A model generated the notes under the pieces. The model had not been told where the DNA came from and did no database searches. It saw only the letters and a list, made by a program, of their open reading frames with translations. Positions 7,480 to 16,711 of a DNA stretch of 20,000 nucleotides are shown here, one piece after another. The position numbers and the translations under genes are program-made. The stretch comes from an uncultured virus (IMG/VR IMGVR_UViG_3300018023_000193) (Duplodnaviria > Heunggongvirae > Uroviricota > Caudoviricetes). The stretch's first letter is position 1. Each line of letters opens with the position of its first letter. Location of the stretch: the IMG/VR virus record IMGVR_UViG_3300018023_000193. One strand, 5' to 3'.

Positions 7480-10400
7480 ATGCCACTAACTTTCGCTTCA
7501 TCTCCATTTTACGATGATTATAATCCTTCTAAAGAATTCTATAAAGTTCTTTTTCGGCCAGGATACCCTGTTCAAGCACGGGAATTGACACAATTACAAT
7601 CCATTATTGCTGAACAAATTGCCCGATTTGGACAATATGTATTCCAAAATGGAGCAATGGTTACTCCAGGACAAATTACTTATAATCAACAACAATCTTA
7701 TGTTATTGTATTACCGAATTATTCAAGTGTTCCAGTTGATTGGGCAGCATTAACTCCCGGAATCCAAATTCAAGATTCTGCCGGAGTAGTAGCAACAGTT
7801 ATTTCGGTAGATTCAACAAATAATGTAATTTATATCCAATATACCACTTCAGGTACTTCCGGAACAACAAAAGTATTTGCAGATGGAGAAGTATTAAATA
7901 TTCTTCCCGCCAATACAGGAATTGCACAAGCTATATCTTCAAATTCTACTGGTGTTACGGCTTCAGCTTCTATTGCTGCAGGTGTTTATTTTATTTTCGG
8001 GATGTTATTAGATGTTGCATCACAAACCATAATTCTTTCTCCAGTTAATGGAACACCTCCACCATTAGGATATTCTTTTCCAAATGTTCGGGTGGGATTA
8101 GAAGCTATTGAAACCATTGTTACACCTGAAATTGATTCTTCTTTAAATAGTAATGCAATTGGTTCTCCAAATTATGCGGCTCCTGGAGCAGATAGATATA
8201 AAATTGTTCTGAATCTTACTGCAATTGATATTAATGCTACCGCAGATAATAATTTTACCGAATTAATGCGGATTCAAAATGGAGTGATTCAAACACAAGT
8301 TCAAAATACTGCTTTGAGCGAAATTATGACTACATTAGCTCAAAGAACAATGGAAACTAATGGTAATTTTATTGTTTCTCCTTTTGGATTTGATTTGCAT
8401 GAAAGTTTATTAGTGGGTAGTAATGGTGGGATTTATACAAGTGCAGGTGGCGGCCAAGCCGATCAATTAGCATTAGGTGTTGAACCTGGTAGAGCATATG
8501 TTGATGGGTATAGAATTCAAACCATTTCTAAACAATACTTACCAATCAATAAAGCAAGAACAACTAATTTTTACCAAAATAGTCATACAAGAGCTTATCT
8601 TGGAAATTATGTTTATATTAATCGCTTATTTGGTTTACCAAATTACGATCAATGGCCAAGTGTTAATTTGTATGGGACACCTATTGTTACAGATGGAGTA
8701 GCTCCTTTAACCAGCGTAATTGGTACAGCTACAATTCGTGGGTTACAATTTCAAGAAGGAAATTTTCAATCTATTGGAAATCCTGGTCCAATTTTTGAAG
8801 TATTCTTAGCAGATATTAATATTACTGCGGTAGGTTTAGGTATTGGAGATGTTAGATCTTTTGCAGTTTCCGATGGTGTTTTAACTACAACCGCAAATGT
8901 TCTTTCACAATTAGATATTGTAAATGTTGTTGGTGATTTCACTGTAGGGGATACAATAACTGATGGAACATATGTTGAAAATATATATGCTTGGGATACT
9001 ATTAATAATTTCCTATTAACATTACCAGTTACAGTAAGTGGTTCGAAAACAATAGCAATTTCAAATAATGTTCCTATAACAAGTGCTAGTGGAACGGCAA
9101 ATATTTTACAACGAATTACATTATTCGATACTCCAGATAATATTTTATTATATCAATTACCACAATCTACGGTTTCTACAGTTCGTGATTTAAGCGATGA
9201 TGTTTCAACTTCATATTCTTATCGGAAAGTTTTTTCAGCAGTAGCACAAAATCCTACTTATGGAACAGTTACATTTGCTACTGGAGTAAATGAAATTTTT
9301 GAAGCTTTATCGGTGGAAGATTATGTAGCTACTATTGAAACAGGAAGTAGTGCGGGTAGTGCAGGAACATTAATTGATATAGTTCCAAGTGCATCTTTTG
9401 CTTCAGGTCTTTCTCAAATATCATTTAATGCGCCAGTAGGAACTACTGTTAAATTATCAGCTACGGTTATCAAAGAAATTGCCGCAGAAAAAACCAAAAC
9501 TTTGAATTCTCAATCATTGACGGTTCTTTCTTCATTATATACTGGAGCTACTAGTTTAGTTAATTTAGGAAAAGCAGATATTTTTGCATTAGATAGTATA
9601 ATAGATAATGATACTTCAACTGATATAACTGATTGGTATACATTAGATAATGGACAAAGAGATAATCGTTATGATTTTGGACAATTAACTTTATTACCAG
9701 GTTATCCGGCTCCAAGTTCTATTACAATAACATTTAGATATTTTACCCACAGTTCTGGAGATTATTTCTCAGTCAATAGTTATAATAATTTTATTACTTC
9801 ACCTGCTGGAATAGATTGGTACGCATTAATTCCTTATTATGTTTCTAGTGGTACATTATATGCTTTAAGAGATTGTTTAGATTTCCGTCCAAGAGTGGAT
9901 GATGTTTCAGTATTTCCACCAGTTGCGGCAGTTCCTACAGTTCCTACATATACTACTGTTGGTGGTTTGGTTAAACCAAATGATGATATCGTTACAGATT
10001 TTTCATATTATTTAGGACGTGTAGATAAATTATATCTGTCTTCTTCAGGCGCATTTATTGATTTACAAGGAACACCTGCACTTCAACCACTTGCTCCACC
10101 AGATCCAACAGATGGAATGGTTTTAGCTATTCTAACATTACCAGCTTATACATTTGTTCCAAGTAGTGTTACTATCAAAACATTACCTAATAAAGTATAT
10201 ACAATGGCTGATATTGGTAATTTAGATAAACGTATTACGAATTTAGAATATTATACAGCATTAAATTTATTAGAACAAACTACAGCTAGTATGCAAATTC
10301 CAGATGCTACAACAGGTTTAAATCGTTATCAAGCAGGTTTTATTGTAGATCCTTTCCAAAATATGAATGTGGCAGATTATAATAATCCAGATATTTCATT

Positions 10401-13155
10401 TTCAATTGATGCAGCGAATGGAATCATGCGGCCAGAATATGTAACTAATTCAGTAAATATGCAATATGATTCAGTAGAAAGCGATAATATTGAAGTTAAT
10501 ACATTAAAACCATTAAATAATATAGCAACATTACCATATACTGAAAGCCCAATTATTACACAACCTCTTGCTTCACGCCAAGAAAATATTAATCCATATA
10601 ATATTTTTGCATGGGCAGGATCTATATCATTAACTCCTGCAACCGATACATGGATTGCAGTAGATTATTTACCAGATATTACAATAACTGATAATACTTT
10701 ATTTAATGCAACACAAGCACAAGACCAAGCAGATAATATTTTAGGTACGGTTTGGAATGCTTGGACAACAAATTGGATAGGTGTTTCAACAAGTGTAAGT
10801 AATCCAAATAATATTAATGTTGGCCCAGGAGGAAATAGTGATACTTCCATTATGGGTGCTGTAGGTAGTGCAGCAGCCCAAGGAGTTCCAGTTCTTCCAA
10901 CCAATACTTTAGCAAGTACAACTACAACGTTATCTCAACAAACGAGAAATGGAACCCAAACTACATTAGTAAATGTACCAACACAAACAATTGATAATAA
11001 AATTGTTAGTACTGGAGTTGTTCCTTATTGCCGTGCAAATAATATTAGTTTCGTTGCTAAAGGATTAAAACCACTTACACAATTTTGGGCATTTATGGAT
11101 ATTACTCCAGTTAGTTCATTTTGTACTCCAACTGGAGGAACATTAGGTGAGAAATTAATGTCAGATGCAAATGGTATGGTTTCTGGTGTTTTTGCCTTAC
11201 CTAATCCATCAACATCTACAGTTCAATTTAGAACAGGTACCAGAATATTTTCCTTAGTTAATGATATAAATAATGTTGGAGCAAATATCACTTCTTATGC
11301 TCAAGCAAATTATATTGCTTCAGGAACATTAGATAATGATCAAGAAACAATTACTTCAATTGGAGTTCCTGAACTACAAACGCAACAAGTTACCCAAACT
11401 GGTGCAGTTCAATCAACAAATCAAATAACTACTTATGTTATTGTTGGTGGTGCAGGATATGTCGATCCATTAGCACAAGCATTTTTAGTCGGAACATTGC
11501 AAGGTGGTTTCTGTGCTACTTCAATTGATCTTTATTTTGCTACTAAAGATCCTACCATTCCAGTAACTTTACAAATTCGAACAATGGTAAATGGAACACC
11601 TACACAAACAGTTGTTCCTTATAGTACTGTTGTTTTAAATCCAAGCCAAATAAATGTTGATCCGGTAAATGGTGCAAAAAAAACAAATTTTGCATTTCCA
11701 TCTCCAGTTTATTTACAACAAGGTGAAGAATATGCAATTGTTTTATTATCCAATAGTAATGCATATTTTATTTGGACCGCTTTATTAGGAGATTATTCAC
11801 TTAATACCGATATATTAATTTCTCAAGTACCTTATGCAGGTTCAATGTTTAAATCTCAAAATGCAAGTACTTGGGTTCCTTCACCAGGTGAAGCTTATAA
11901 ATTTACATTATATCGTGCAGTTTTTGATTATTTAAAAGTTGGAACTTTAATTGTAGAAAATCCTACTTTACCAACTCTTACCTTACCTAATTTATCAATG
12001 ATAACTTATAATGGTACAAATGTAATTCGTATTTTACATCCAAATCATGGAATGCCTGCCGGAAGTTTAGTGACATTAACAATTCCTCCAGGAGTAGGAA
12101 ATGCTAATTGGGCCGCTAGTTATAATGGAATTCCTGTAAGTGATATTATTCCTACAAGTTCTGGTGCTTTTAGAGCTTCTGGATGGACTTCAGGCATTTC
12201 TATTGCTGATAATGTAGTAGGATCCAGAACCTATCAAATTAAGAATGTAGAATTAAATTCTTATACCATTTTTATTGTCAATGCAAGTAATGTTGCCGAT
12301 GATGCAAGTTCATCTGGTTATACTGGAGTTTCTTGTTCAGTTACACAAAATTATCCATATGATGTAATGATGCCAATTGTAAATGAATTAAATTTTTCAG
12401 GAACATCTACAAATTATTATTTACGTGGTATTTCAGAAACATCAGCCGATGGAACCCAAATTCCATATGAATATATTGTTTCTGGAACATTTCCATTTAC
12501 ACAATTTGTACCTAATGTTAATTTTAATTTATCACAACCACAATTAGTAGCATCCGCGGTAAATGAACAATATTTAATAAATCATGGAACCGCATTTGCA
12601 AATAAGAGTTTAGTTTGGGAAATTAATTTGACATCTACATCTGATAATCTTTCTCCTATGATTGATTTAACCCGAATTTCAGCTTTATTAATCAGTAATC
12701 TTATTGACAACCGTATTACTGCTACAAATCCTGCCAGTTCTCCTGCTGGTGTTGAACCTATATATGTGTCTGAAACTATTAATCAAGGAGCAACTGATGC
12801 TGCAAAATATATTACATTACCTGTAACTTTAGCCACAACCGCAAATAGCCTTCAAGTTTGGTTAACAGTAATGTGGCCTTATGCAGCACAAGTGGATGTT
12901 TATTATAAAATTTTACCAACAAATACAAATGCCACATTTACTTCACAACCCTATGTATTAATTCTACCAGATCCTAATACAGATTTTTCACCTGCACAAA
13001 ATTCGACAGATTTTAAAGATTATTATTGGCAAACTGATACTTTAGGTCCATTACCAGACTTTACACAGTTTGCAATTAAAGTAGTTTTAAGATCCACAAA
13101 TTCTAGTGCTGTACCACTCTGTCAACAGTTCCGGTGCATTGCTCTGGAATCATAA
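7480..13155 (+). CDS. vrlC: Large virion structural protein, VrlC/DUF4815-like
   Basis: SPFYDDY...FYKVLFRPG.PVQARELTQLQS, NYAAPGADRYKI, LDNGQRDN.YD, LRDCLDFRPR, YTMADIG.LDKRI.NLEYYT.L.LLE, DPLAQ.F, GSMFKSQNASTW; follows gp8 as in environmental T4-like phages. Confidence 0.88.
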   Translation: MPLTFASSPFYDDYNPSKEFYKVLFRPGYPVQARELTQLQSIIAEQIARFGQYVFQNGAMVTPGQITYNQQQSYVIVLPNYSSVPVDWAALTPGIQIQDSAGVVATVISVDSTNNVIYIQYTTSGTSGTTKVFADGEVLNILPANTGIAQAISSNSTGVTASASIAAGVYFIFGMLLDVASQTIILSPVNGTPPPLGYSFPNVRVGLEAIETIVTPEIDSSLNSNAIGSPNYAAPGADRYKIVLNLTAIDINATADNNFTELMRIQNGVIQTQVQNTALSEIMTTLAQRTMETNGNFIVSPFGFDLHESLLVGSNGGIYTSAGGGQADQLALGVEPGRAYVDGYRIQTISKQYLPINKARTTNFYQNSHTRAYLGNYVYINRLFGLPNYDQWPSVNLYGTPIVTDGVAPLTSVIGTATIRGLQFQEGNFQSIGNPGPIFEVFLADINITAVGLGIGDVRSFAVSDGVLTTTANVLSQLDIVNVVGDFTVGDTITDGTYVENIYAWDTINNFLLTLPVTVSGSKTIAISNNVPITSASGTANILQRITLFDTPDNILLYQLPQSTVSTVRDLSDDVSTSYSYRKVFSAVAQNPTYGTVTFATGVNEIFEALSVEDYVATIETGSSAGSAGTLIDIVPSASFASGLSQISFNAPVGTTVKLSATVIKEIAAEKTKTLNSQSLTVLSSLYTGATSLVNLGKADIFALDSIIDNDTSTDITDWYTLDNGQRDNRYDFGQLTLLPGYPAPSSITITFRYFTHSSGDYFSVNSYNNFITSPAGIDWYALIPYYVSSGTLYALRDCLDFRPRVDDVSVFPPVAAVPTVPTYTTVGGLVKPNDDIVTDFSYYLGRVDKLYLSSSGAFIDLQGTPALQPLAPPDPTDGMVLAILTLPAYTFVPSSVTIKTLPNKVYTMADIGNLDKRITNLEYYTALNLLEQTTASMQIPDATTGLNRYQAGFIVDPFQNMNVADYNNPDISFSIDAANGIMRPEYVTNSVNMQYDSVESDNIEVNTLKPLNNIATLPYTESPIITQPLASRQENINPYNIFAWAGSISLTPATDTWIAVDYLPDITITDNTLFNATQAQDQADNILGTVWNAWTTNWIGVSTSVSNPNNINVGPGGNSDTSIMGAVGSAAAQGVPVLPTNTLASTTTTLSQQTRNGTQTTLVNVPTQTIDNKIVSTGVVPYCRANNISFVAKGLKPLTQFWAFMDITPVSSFCTPTGGTLGEKLMSDANGMVSGVFALPNPSTSTVQFRTGTRIFSLVNDINNVGANITSYAQANYIASGTLDNDQETITSIGVPELQTQQVTQTGAVQSTNQITTYVIVGGAGYVDPLAQAFLVGTLQGGFCATSIDLYFATKDPTIPVTLQIRTMVNGTPTQTVVPYSTVVLNPSQINVDPVNGAKKTNFAFPSPVYLQQGEEYAIVLLSNSNAYFIWTALLGDYSLNTDILISQVPYAGSMFKSQNASTWVPSPGEAYKFTLYRAVFDYLKVGTLIVENPTLPTLTLPNLSMITYNGTNVIRILHPNHGMPAGSLVTLTIPPGVGNANWAASYNGIPVSDIIPTSSGAFRASGWTSGISIADNVVGSRTYQIKNVELNSYTIFIVNASNVADDASSSGYTGVSCSVTQNYPYDVMMPIVNELNFSGTSTNYYLRGISETSADGTQIPYEYIVSGTFPFTQFVPNVNFNLSQPQLVASAVNEQYLINHGTAFANKSLVWEINLTSTSDNLSPMIDLTRISALLISNLIDNRITATNPASSPAGVEPIYVSETINQGATDAAKYITLPVTLATTANSLQVWLTVMWPYAAQVDVYYKILPTNTNATFTSQPYVLILPDPNTDFSPAQNSTDFKDYYWQTDTLGPLPDFTQFAIKVVLRSTNSSAVPLCQQFRCIALES

Positions 13156-13158
13156 ATA
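13151..13158 (+). promoter_or_regulatory. Late promoter variant CATAAATA
   Basis: Overlaps the VrlC-like stop codon, 16 nt before the ATG at 13175. Confidence 0.45.
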
Positions 13159-13174
13159 TTGGTGTATTATTTTT

Positions 13175-13408
13175 ATGTCACTATTACCAGAATATATTAA
13201 AATTGATAATAATGCCAACCTTGCACGCCATACCAGTTCAATGGGAGTTGTGAATTTAGATAAACAAGCATTATCTCATTATCGAATACAAAAAGCTAGA
13301 ATTTTGGAAGAAAAGAAATTATTGAATAATACAATAGATCAAATAAGTGAATTACGATCCGAATTAGATGGCTTGAAACAATTAGTCAAAACGTATATGG
13401 TTGCTTAA
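13175..13408 (+). CDS. Small coiled-coil protein typically found after VrlC-like genes
   Basis: Start moved from 13106 (inside upstream gene) to in-frame ATG 13175; YIKID...LAR...GVVN.D...Y followed by heptads ISELRSELDGLKQLV. Confidence 0.7.
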   Translation: MSLLPEYIKIDNNANLARHTSSMGVVNLDKQALSHYRIQKARILEEKKLLNNTIDQISELRSELDGLKQLVKTYMVA

Positions 13409-14311
13409 ATGAAAAATTCTCTTGCTATATGTGGTGGTGGAATCCGAGGTATTATTCCTTGTTCGGTTCTGGCCGCTTTAGAAAAACAAACTGGTAAACT
13501 GACAAATCAATTTTTTGATTATGTTTCAGGAACAAGTACTGGAGCATTATTAGCCGCAGGAATAGCAGTCGGTATTCCTGCTCAAAATCTCCTTGAAGTT
13601 TATGCTTTACAATCTGATAAAATTTTCACTCCATCGGGTGTATTAGGAGATGCAAAACAAATAACTAAAGGTTATAAATTTGATCCGGAAAATCTTTATA
13701 AGGTTTTAAAAATAATTTTTGGTTCTAAAGCCTCTTGGGTATTAAATGATTGTCCTATTGGGGTTTGCATCAATGCCACTGCTGTGAATGGACACAATTG
13801 GTTTTTTGTAAAAGATAAAACCACAAATGCTAAAACTACTGGTAATATTAAATTATTGGATGCTGCTATTGCAAGCGCATGTGCTCCTACTTATTTCGAT
13901 TGTTGGCCAATTTTAATTAAAGGAAATAGAATCAATTTTTTTGATGGTGGGACTGGTTGTTTAGCAAATCCTTCATATCAAGCATGTGTTGAAATGTTCC
14001 AATATGATTCATTTCGTCCCGAATTTACAAAATTAATTACATTAGGAACAGGATATTATTCTTCTGGAAATACACCACCAAATGGATTAATAGCTACAAT
14101 AGAATGGGCTACAGATACTTTGGTCGATACTTCAGAAAATTGGGTAGATTCTGCGGTTCAAAGACAATGGCCAAACCTTCAACAAAAATTTGATTGGGAA
14201 TTACCTTGTGCTATTGATATGGCTGATACGGATGCTATTCAAGAATTGTTAAGTATTGGTACTCAAGCAGCTACAACTATAGATTGGACAAAAATTTTAT
14301 GTTTAAATTAG
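13409..14311 (+). CDS. Patatin-like phospholipase
   Basis: GGGIRG oxyanion loop, GTSTG nucleophile elbow, ASACAPTYF, DGG catalytic Asp, NP, TLGTG. Confidence 0.95.
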   Translation: MKNSLAICGGGIRGIIPCSVLAALEKQTGKLTNQFFDYVSGTSTGALLAAGIAVGIPAQNLLEVYALQSDKIFTPSGVLGDAKQITKGYKFDPENLYKVLKIIFGSKASWVLNDCPIGVCINATAVNGHNWFFVKDKTTNAKTTGNIKLLDAAIASACAPTYFDCWPILIKGNRINFFDGGTGCLANPSYQACVEMFQYDSFRPEFTKLITLGTGYYSSGNTPPNGLIATIEWATDTLVDTSENWVDSAVQRQWPNLQQKFDWELPCAIDMADTDAIQELLSIGTQAATTIDWTKILCLN

Positions 14312-15030
14312 GGAAAAAAGAACCTCGTTACGATTCAAGAGATTTAAAATTAGCCAAATATTTTACTTCCAGTTTACCCATATCTCCGTCAACTGTAGAT
14401 TGGACAACTAAAGTAGCAAATTGGCCAATGATGAAAAATGATACAGTTGGCGATTGTACTTGTGCTGGAATGGGACATTTTATCCAAGATTGGACAACCA
14501 ATTGTGGTTCACCTTTTATTCCTTCAGATGCTCAAGTTATTGCCGCATATTCAGCTATTACAGGATATACACCAAGCGATCCCAATACAGATCAAGGCGC
14601 AAATTTGAATGATGTTCTTAATTATTCTCGCCAAACTGGAATTGCCGGACATAAAATTGGAGCTTATGCATCTCTTGAACCTAAAAACCATACAGAATTA
14701 CAAGATTCAATTTATTTATTTGGTGGTGCATATTTAGGAATTGCTTTGCCACTTACAGTTCAAGGAGCTAAATGTTGGCAAGTTCCATCAAAAATTAGTG
14801 GTAAAGGAGCTCCAGGTAGTTGGGGTGGACATTGTGTATTAGCTGTAAAATATGATCCTCGTTGGATTACTGTAATAACTTGGGGTGCTTTATTGCAAAT
14901 GAGTTGGGCATTTTATGATGCCTACTGTGATGAAGCTTTTGCCGTCTTATCACAAGACTGGATAAATAATGGTGTGAATCCTGATCATGTAGCTTTGGCA
15001 GATTTACAATCTGATTTGACAAAAATTTAA
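14299..15030 (+). CDS. Papain-like (C1-type) cysteine peptidase
   Basis: PSTVDW, NDTVGDCTCA (Cys), DQGA, WGGHCVLAVKYD (His), ITWG; ATG 14299 preferred over TTG 14284; overlaps the patatin stop. Confidence 0.8.
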   Translation: MFKLGKKEPRYDSRDLKLAKYFTSSLPISPSTVDWTTKVANWPMMKNDTVGDCTCAGMGHFIQDWTTNCGSPFIPSDAQVIAAYSAITGYTPSDPNTDQGANLNDVLNYSRQTGIAGHKIGAYASLEPKNHTELQDSIYLFGGAYLGIALPLTVQGAKCWQVPSKISGKGAPGSWGGHCVLAVKYDPRWITVITWGALLQMSWAFYDAYCDEAFAVLSQDWINNGVNPDHVALADLQSDLTKI

Positions 15031-15041
15031 GGAGAAATGAG

Positions 15042-15605
15042 ATGAAGAATTTCTTAACTATCGCAACTTTATTACTGGTGAGTGCTTTTTCCGTATTTGC
15101 ACAAACACCTGCGCCTGCATTTCCTTCGGTTCCTCTTCCATTAGGGGTCGCTGGATTTGTAGAATATAATCAACTTGGGACTCCTCAAGTGGTTGGTGGT
15201 GTTACTGCCATTTATCCGGTATCTGGGCAACTTGGTCTTTATGCAACCACAACCGCTTTATTATCACCACAAAAGGTAATTGATCCCACAACTCAAAGAA
15301 GTTTTTATGCTGTTACTACGCAATTAAGACAAGGACTCCATAAAGATGTTTTAGATACTGGCCGTTGGTCTTTCTTAATTGGTGGTGATGTTGGCCCTTC
15401 TATTGGTTCAAGCGCTACTTCAGGATTAACGGTAAATTTTGCTTCTTCAATTGTTCTTACACCTCTTTATCAAGTTTCTCCGGCTGTTAGTTTAATTTTA
15501 CCAGTTAGAGGAATTTATGTTTCCAATGTAGGTTGGAATCCAGTTGTAGAATTTGGTGTTGTTTTCAATTTGAGTAAATTAAAAGCCGCTAGTACTCAAA
15601 AGTAA
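15042..15605 (+). CDS. Exported protein, probable small outer-membrane beta-barrel
   Basis: AAGGAG RBS at 15029-15034; Sec signal MKNFLTIATLLLVSAFSVFA; alternating amphipathic strands; VEFGVVFNL near the C-terminus. Confidence 0.6.
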   Translation: MKNFLTIATLLLVSAFSVFAQTPAPAFPSVPLPLGVAGFVEYNQLGTPQVVGGVTAIYPVSGQLGLYATTTALLSPQKVIDPTTQRSFYAVTTQLRQGLHKDVLDTGRWSFLIGGDVGPSIGSSATSGLTVNFASSIVLTPLYQVSPAVSLILPVRGIYVSNVGWNPVVEFGVVFNLSKLKAASTQK

Positions 15606-15635
15606 AAGTTCTAATAGAACCTAATTAAAATTAAT

Positions 15636-15691
15636 AAGAGTGGTTCTAATAGCACCTCAATAAAAGGGTTCTATTAGAACCACTCTTTTTT
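15636..15691 (+). terminator. Intrinsic terminator ending the late operon
   Basis: 17-bp perfect inverted repeat aagagtggttctaatag (15636-15652) / ctattagaaccactctt (15671-15687) running into a T tract. Confidence 0.85.
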
Positions 15692-15693
15692 AT

Positions 15694-15722
15694 TTGATAA
15701 CCATATTTTAATATGTTATGAT
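15694..15722 (+). promoter_or_regulatory. Sigma70-like early promoter TTGATA-N17-TATGAT with extended -10 TG
   Basis: Right after the terminator; spacer resembles that of the 19850 promoter. Confidence 0.65.
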
Positions 15723-15729
15723 AGAGTCT

Positions 15730-15993
15730 ATGAAAATAACAAAATGTGAAAATTATAGAGTGTTGATCTTTCCAGATGTTAGGTTCACTCGTTTAACCGA
15801 AGAACAGGAATGCAAACGTATAGAATCCGAAATAAAGCGGCATGTGGATGATCTCGGAACAATTAGAATTAAATGGGATGTAAATTCAACTTGTTCTTTT
15901 TGTGGATATGAGTGGGAAATTGACTGTGCTGGATGCCCCCAATGTTGTAATGCGGCTATTGAAGAATTTAAAAAAGGAAATTATAATAAATAA
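15730..15993 (+). CDS. Hypothetical protein with C-terminal Cys cluster (CxxC...CxxCC, probable Zn-binding)
   Basis: CSFCGYEWEIDCAGCPQCC; ATG 15718 overlaps the -10 box, so in-frame ATG 15730 is preferred. Confidence 0.7.
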   Translation: MKITKCENYRVLIFPDVRFTRLTEEQECKRIESEIKRHVDDLGTIRIKWDVNSTCSFCGYEWEIDCAGCPQCCNAAIEEFKKGNYNK

Positions 15994-16056
15994 AGAAATA
16001 AGTATATTAGTATTTTCTATATATTTTAAGATTTTGGGATGAATAAATGACCAAAA

Positions 16057-16287
16057 TTGAAGAATTACGGAACAACAAACAAAAATTGGTTGATACTTTG
16101 TTTTGCTTGTGTGGCATTAGCAACCGACCCAAATTATCCATGGTTTAGAAAAGCCTTCTCTTACCGAAAAAATGGAATGGGTAGCCAAGCAATTACCATT
16201 CAAAACCAAACCAATTTGTTCCTCTTGGGCATTCTGAAGGCTATTTGGAATTATTTTATAACTCCATTTGGAACCATAAGAAATTAA
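16057..16287 (+). CDS. Hypothetical small protein, possibly a pseudogene
   Basis: TTG start with no RBS; an in-frame ATG at 16039 is separated from it by TGA at 16048-16050. Confidence 0.4.
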   Translation: MKNYGTTNKNWLILCFACVALATDPNYPWFRKAFSYRKNGMGSQAITIQNQTNLFLLGILKAIWNYFITPFGTIRN

Positions 16288-16338
16288 GGGGAGCCATAGA
16301 ATAAAAATAAAACAATTTTTATTTTGTCGAATTACCGC

Positions 16339-16367
16339 TTGACAACCAATAAAATTTGTGATAATCT
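16339..16367 (+). promoter_or_regulatory. Sigma70-like early promoter TTGACA-N17-TAATCT
   Basis: Perfect -35; shares TTGTGATA with the 17030 and 17790 promoters. Confidence 0.7.
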
Positions 16368-16375
16368 CATTTTTT

Positions 16376-16513
16376 ATGCCTACTACATTATGTAAACGCA
16401 CAACAGTTAAAGGAACTAAACTTTTACGATTGGAGTCCTTATCAATGACCGATATCTCTATTGAAACCGCCAAACGGGCCGATGATCTGGAGTTAAAATT
16501 ATGCAACTATTAA
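16376..16513 (+). CDS. Small hypothetical protein (45 aa; not in ORF track)
   Basis: MPTTLCKRTTVKGTKLLRLESLSMTDISIETAKRADDLELKLCNY*; ATG 8 nt after the -10 box; fills the gap up to the next gene. Confidence 0.4.
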   Translation: MPTTLCKRTTVKGTKLLRLESLSMTDISIETAKRADDLELKLCNY

Positions 16514-16710
16514 TTGGTTTTTCTCTTCTTATTAATGTTTTGGCTTTAGGAGTATTATTTTTGGCTTTAATTGAGCCTACTATTGCCGAAACTCTAGCAT
16601 CTATATTATATTCCCGTGCCATGGCTCTTAGAATGGGTCGGCAAATATATCGAGAATCTAGGAGAATGATTCTAAAATTGGAAGATCCAAAAGAACCTGA
16701 GGTCCAATAA
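16501..16710 (+). CDS. Small membrane protein with an N-terminal TM helix
   Basis: GGAG at 16489-16492; LLIGFSLLINVLALGVLFLALI hydrophobic segment then a basic tail. Confidence 0.65.
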   Translation: MQLLIGFSLLINVLALGVLFLALIEPTIAETLASILYSRAMALRMGRQIYRESRRMILKLEDPKEPEVQ

Positions 16711-16711
16711 T

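Noticed and set aside
585..10904. ORFs 585..914, 1110..1292, 1448..1696, 3079..3318, 8477..8701, 10665..10904
   Set aside because: Antisense or alternate-frame ORFs overlapping well-supported genes, with no recognisable motifs.
1287..14311. Bacterial T6SS/eCIS or CBASS locus (PAAR, gp25, patatin)
   Set aside because: gp6/gp7/gp8/VrlC-like order and TATAAATA promoters point to a T4-like phage; no CD-NTase, TssJLM or ClpV seen.
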